The position numbers and the translations under genes were made by a program. From Naegleria gruberi (Eukaryota), in assembly GCA_000004985.1 (NCBI GenBank), contig GG739337.1: a stretch of 1,727 nt of DNA; one strand, written 5' to 3'. Below, in pieces: positions 1 to 1,727 of this stretch (position 1 is its first letter; each line of letters opens with the position of its first letter). The notes under the pieces were generated by a model. The model had not been told where the DNA came from. It did not search any database and saw only the letters and a list, made by a program, of their open reading frames with translations.

Positions 1-1
1 A

Positions 2-100
2 AGCAAATGTAAAATACGAAAGCAAACCCTGCAAGAATGGGAACCGAAATGGCATCCGGACATTGATGAGGAATGTTTCGTTGTCGAGGGACTAGAGTAA
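2..100 (+). CDS. Possible 3'-terminal coding segment of an upstream + strand gene (…SKCKIRKQTLQEWEPKWHPDIDEECFVVEGLE*). The strand and reality are uncertain.
   Basis: Frame 2 is open from the window edge to TAA at 98-100. Local GC is higher (~50%) than the flanks. The plus strand is purine-rich. A T-rich UTR-like sequence follows. The antisense frame is also open (114→1, MVTFPYSSPSTTKHSSSMSGCHF…), so the strand call is weak. Confidence 0.25.
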   Translation, partial: SKCKIRKQTLQEWEPKWHPDIDEECFVVEGLE

Positions 101-317
101 GGGAAAGTAACCATGGTTCGCATTCTGTTGCATTGCTATTGTTTATAATTGTATTATTGGTTTGTTGCCTTGTAGAATTGATTTCGTATATTGTTTCTAA
201 TAATTTGCTTGCAAGTTGATTCGTCATTCAAGAGATGTTGTCGTATTTTATTTTATTAATGAAGTTCAGGAGGTCACTGATAGACGGTGGGCAGTACCAT
301 GTATTCGTTGTTCCAAC

Positions 318-347
318 CAAATTTTTTTAGAGTCGAGCCAATTTTAT
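318..347 (-). repeat. Solitary inverted copy of the repeat-unit core (minus strand reads AATTGGCTCGACTCTAAAAAAATTTG)
   Basis: The reverse complement of 333-341 is GGCTCGACT, which matches the array core 9/9. The flanking A/T tract is arranged like the unit tail. About 20/24 positions match the unit. Confidence 0.5.
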
Positions 348-404
348 AAATATTTTAATATTATTTATTCTTCTGATGATATTTCGTCGCCACTTTATTC
401 ATCA

Positions 405-518
405 CTTCCACTTTGTGGATTCTGATGCATCATCTTCCTCATATTCTGATCCGCTGGTAGTATCGTCTTGGTAAATTCTTGGAAAGCTTTTGGAGTTTAT
501 GGTTTGATGGTTGGTATT
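405..518 (-). CDS. Possible 3'-terminal exon of a minus-strand gene (…NTNHQTINSKSFPEIYQDDTTSGSEYEEDDASESTKWK*), with a poly(A) signal immediately downstream
   Basis: The minus strand is purine-rich here. The frame is open from 518 down to 405. The stop TGA is at 404..402. A canonical AATAAA on the minus strand lies at 399..394 and a second at 369..364. The tail is acidic and looks like a real C-terminus. An alternative overlapping minus frame, 636..442, is also open. Confidence 0.2.
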
Positions 519-786
519 TCATCATCAACAGGATTTCCTCTTTTTGTTGCCAATTTCTTGGTTTCTTTGTTGTTGGAGATTTAGATGTAAGAAGAAGATT
601 CCAGTCAAAGAAACTTCCTGATGATGGGTTGTTGTATTAATTTTCTAGCCAACTGCCATGTTGTTCAGTTGCTTCCAAATACCAGCTTGTGATTGGACAT
701 TGTGGCCAGTAGACAAAACCTCTTAATTTTTTTAAATTTTAATTTAACGGTTTTTATCAGCCGAATTGTCAAAAGCAACGGATCTT

Positions 787-986
787 CTGTGGCTCGACTT
801 TGAAATTTTTTTGTCTGACCCGGCTCGACTTGTAAAAATTTTTGTCTGACCCGGCTTGACTTGTAAATTTTTTAGCCTGACCCGGCTCGACTTGGAAATT
901 TCGCAAGTTCTGCATAAAATGCCTCTGACTCGACTTTGAAATTTTTACTCCCTGACCCGGCATTTTACATCACTGACCACCGTCTA
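787..986. repeat. Tandem minisatellite-like array of about six contiguous 28-31-bp units. The consensus is CTGACCCGGCTCGACTTGTAAAAATTTTTGT. The array degenerates at both ends. Unit 4 carries a ~23-nt insertion (902-924).
   Basis: The units are 787-814, 815-845, 846-876, 877-924, 925-951 and 952-986. Each has a GC-rich head (CTGACCCGGCTCGACTT) and an AT-rich tail (GTAAAAATTTTT). The units abut with no spacers. Confidence 0.85.
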
Positions 987-987
987 G

Positions 988-1301
988 TCACTGAAAAATT
1001 CATTCAATCTTTGCAAGTTATTCGAAATGAAACTATTGAGCAAGCTAAACAGCAAATTGAAGTGGAGAGACAAGAATTGGAAATGGAAAAGAAAGAATGG
1101 GAAATGGAAAAGGAAAGATTATTGAAAATGAATCCAATTCAAGATGAAATTGTTTATTTAGATGTTGGCGGGAAAGTGTTTACAACAAGTATTCAAACTT
1201 TAAAGAATAGTTATCCAATTCCTGGATTGGAAAGTGAATTGCAAGGTAATTTCTTTACCAGTATGGTATTCAATTCTGGAAGGTTTTCTTTATTAAACGA
1301 A
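988..1301 (+). CDS. BTB/POZ (T1/KCTD-type, BTB_2) domain protein, 5' coding segment: coiled-coil lead-in followed by the first half of the T1 domain. The 5' boundary is uncertain.
   Basis: Frame 0 is open from 918 to 1301. The sense strand is purine-rich. The translation '...IEQAKQQIEVERQELEMEKKEWEMEKERLLKMNPIQDEIVYLDVGGKVFTTSIQTLKNSYP...FTSMVFNSGRFSLLNE' contains the T1/BTB_2 hallmarks ('LNVGG'-like 'LDVGG', 'MFSGRF'-like 'VFNSGRF'). The first in-frame ATG is at 1083. Position 936 is TTG, not ATG. Candidate acceptors are AG at 986-987 and 1015-1016. The exon may instead be joined to an upstream exon with the real start. The segment ends at an in-frame TGA (1302-1304) that interrupts the domain. 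Confidence 0.55.
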
Positions 1302-1302
1302 T

Positions 1303-1636
1303 GAGGGAAGAATTTTCATTGATAGAGATGGTCAACTCTTTGAATATATTATGGAATACTTGAGGAATGGTGAAATTCTATTGGATGATAACTTGCCAGA
1401 GCATCAAATATTGAAAAAGAAGATTCTGAGAGAGGCCATGTTTTATCGAATGGAAGATTTGATTATTTATCTGAGTGGAGATTCATCACAGCTTGATTCG
1501 AATAACTTGAAAATTGTGGAAGTGAACCAACAATTCAAGTATGTGAGTGATTTTGATGAGAATGGGTTGTTTTATTGGATTGGAAAGAAGCATTCTCAAA
1601 GAACAAAGAAAGATTCTTGGTCAAATCCGTATGAAG
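1303..1636 (+). CDS. Continuation of the same BTB/POZ T1-domain protein in the +1 frame: second half of the T1 domain plus a C-terminal region. Its reading frame is only restored after a 1-nt shift, so the gene is frameshifted (pseudogene or indel).
   Basis: Frame 1 is open from 1297 to 1641 and reads 'TNEGRIFIDRDGQLFEYIMEYLRNGEILLDDNLPEHQILKKKILREAMFYRMEDLIIYL...'. This matches the T1 consensus 'E.G.yFIDRDg..F..IL.YLR.G.l'. It ends at the donor GAAG|GTAAGTG at 1636/1637. Confidence 0.6.
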
Positions 1637-1683
1637 GTAAGTGAAAATTAACAATTTGTAAAAACTTCAAATTCTTCTTGCAG
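1637..1683 (+). other. Spliceosomal intron, 47 nt, phase 1
   Basis: The donor is GTAAGTG (1637-1643). The tail is pyrimidine-rich and the acceptor is TTCTTCTTGCAG (1672-1683). The 47-nt length is the modal short-intron size in Caenorhabditis. The reading frame continues without stops after splicing (…NPYEG|AGLVNIITDANYYCV). Confidence 0.55.
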
Positions 1684-1727
1684 CTGGATTGGTAAATATC
1701 ATAACAGATGCCAATTATTACTGTGTG
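1684..1727 (+). CDS. Next exon of the BTB/POZ T1-domain gene. It is partial and runs off the window.
   Basis: With the g from 1636 joined to ct at 1684-1685, the frame is open to the window end (AGLVNIITDANYYCV). Confidence 0.45.

Noticed and set aside
216-425. 69-aa plus-strand ORF from the track
   Set aside because: It starts at TTG, not ATG, and has no in-frame ATG at all. It is T-rich and low-complexity (FYKYFNIIYSS…). It overlaps the inverted repeat copy and the minus-strand AATAAA signals. It is most likely non-coding 3'-flank sequence read in a chance open frame.
650-673. Small hairpin CAACTG-N10-CAGTTG
   Set aside because: It has only a 6-bp stem, there is no supporting context, and it is expected by chance.
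936-938. Start of track ORF 936-1304 as a translation start
   Set aside because: The codon at 936-938 is TTG and sits inside repeat unit 5. In a eukaryote it is not a start. The first in-frame ATG is at 1083.
769-963. 64-aa minus-strand ORF from the track
   Set aside because: It lies entirely inside the tandem repeat array. Its peptide is just the repeat translated (reiterated KNFKVEPQ / FTSQAGSDKNF motifs) and has no independent coding signal.
787-986. CRISPR array
   Set aside because: The repeat size (28-31 bp) is CRISPR-like, but the units are directly contiguous with no unique spacers and decay in sequence. The genomic context is eukaryotic.
1027-1125. Out-of-frame 32-codon ORF (MKLLSKLNSKLKWRDKNWKWKRKNGKWKRKDY*)
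   Set aside because: It is a by-product of the purine-rich repeat read in the +1 frame. It is fully overlapped by the conserved frame-0 coding sequence. It is noted only because its ATG precedes the first in-frame ATG of the main ORF.
1283-1305. Tiny GT…AG intron (1283-1305) as an explanation for the frame break
   Set aside because: It is 23 nt long, which is ≡2 mod 3, so it would not restore frame 1. It is too short for a nematode intron and would delete the conserved GRF…LLN motif. A donor at 1247 (CAAG|GTAAT) would likewise remove conserved domain sequence.
1-1727. Prokaryotic defence or novel operon-type system
   Set aside because: There are no prokaryotic gene-organisation signals. The sequence has spliceosomal intron signals and a metazoan-type BTB/T1 protein. 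Nothing supports a multi-gene system in this window.

Overview
This window looks eukaryotic, most likely nematode (Caenorhabditis-like), and not prokaryotic. It is AT-rich with purine-rich sense strands. It contains a textbook 47-nt spliceosomal intron (GTAAGTG...TTCTTCTTGCAG). The one clearly recognisable gene encodes a KCTD/T1-type BTB/POZ (potassium-channel tetramerisation domain) protein on the + strand (~988-1727, continuing past the window end). Its reading frame is broken by a +1 frameshift inside the conserved BTB_2 domain at ~1302: the motif 'SMVFNSGRFSLLNE' is followed by a stop, and 'EGRIFIDRDGQLFEYIMEYLRNG' continues in the next frame. This indicates a pseudogene or an indel error. 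Directly 5' of this gene is a ~200-bp array of about six contiguous 28-31-bp repeats (core CTGACCCGGCTCGACTTGTAAAAATTTTTGT, 787-986). A solitary inverted copy of the same core lies at 318-347, and a 14-bp imperfect inverted repeat (281-294 / 973-986) brackets the repeat-bearing region, which suggests a MITE-like or satellite-derived insertion. The 5' 640 bp holds only weak, short candidate terminal exons: + strand 2-100, and - strand ~405-518 with an AATAAA just after its stop. Several ORFs in the supplied track start at TTG (216, 936), which is a bacterial start convention that does not apply here. The 769-963 (-) and 216-425 (+) ORFs are rejected as artefacts. I see no CRISPR array, defence system, rRNA or tRNA, and no evidence of a novel 'system' beyond these features.
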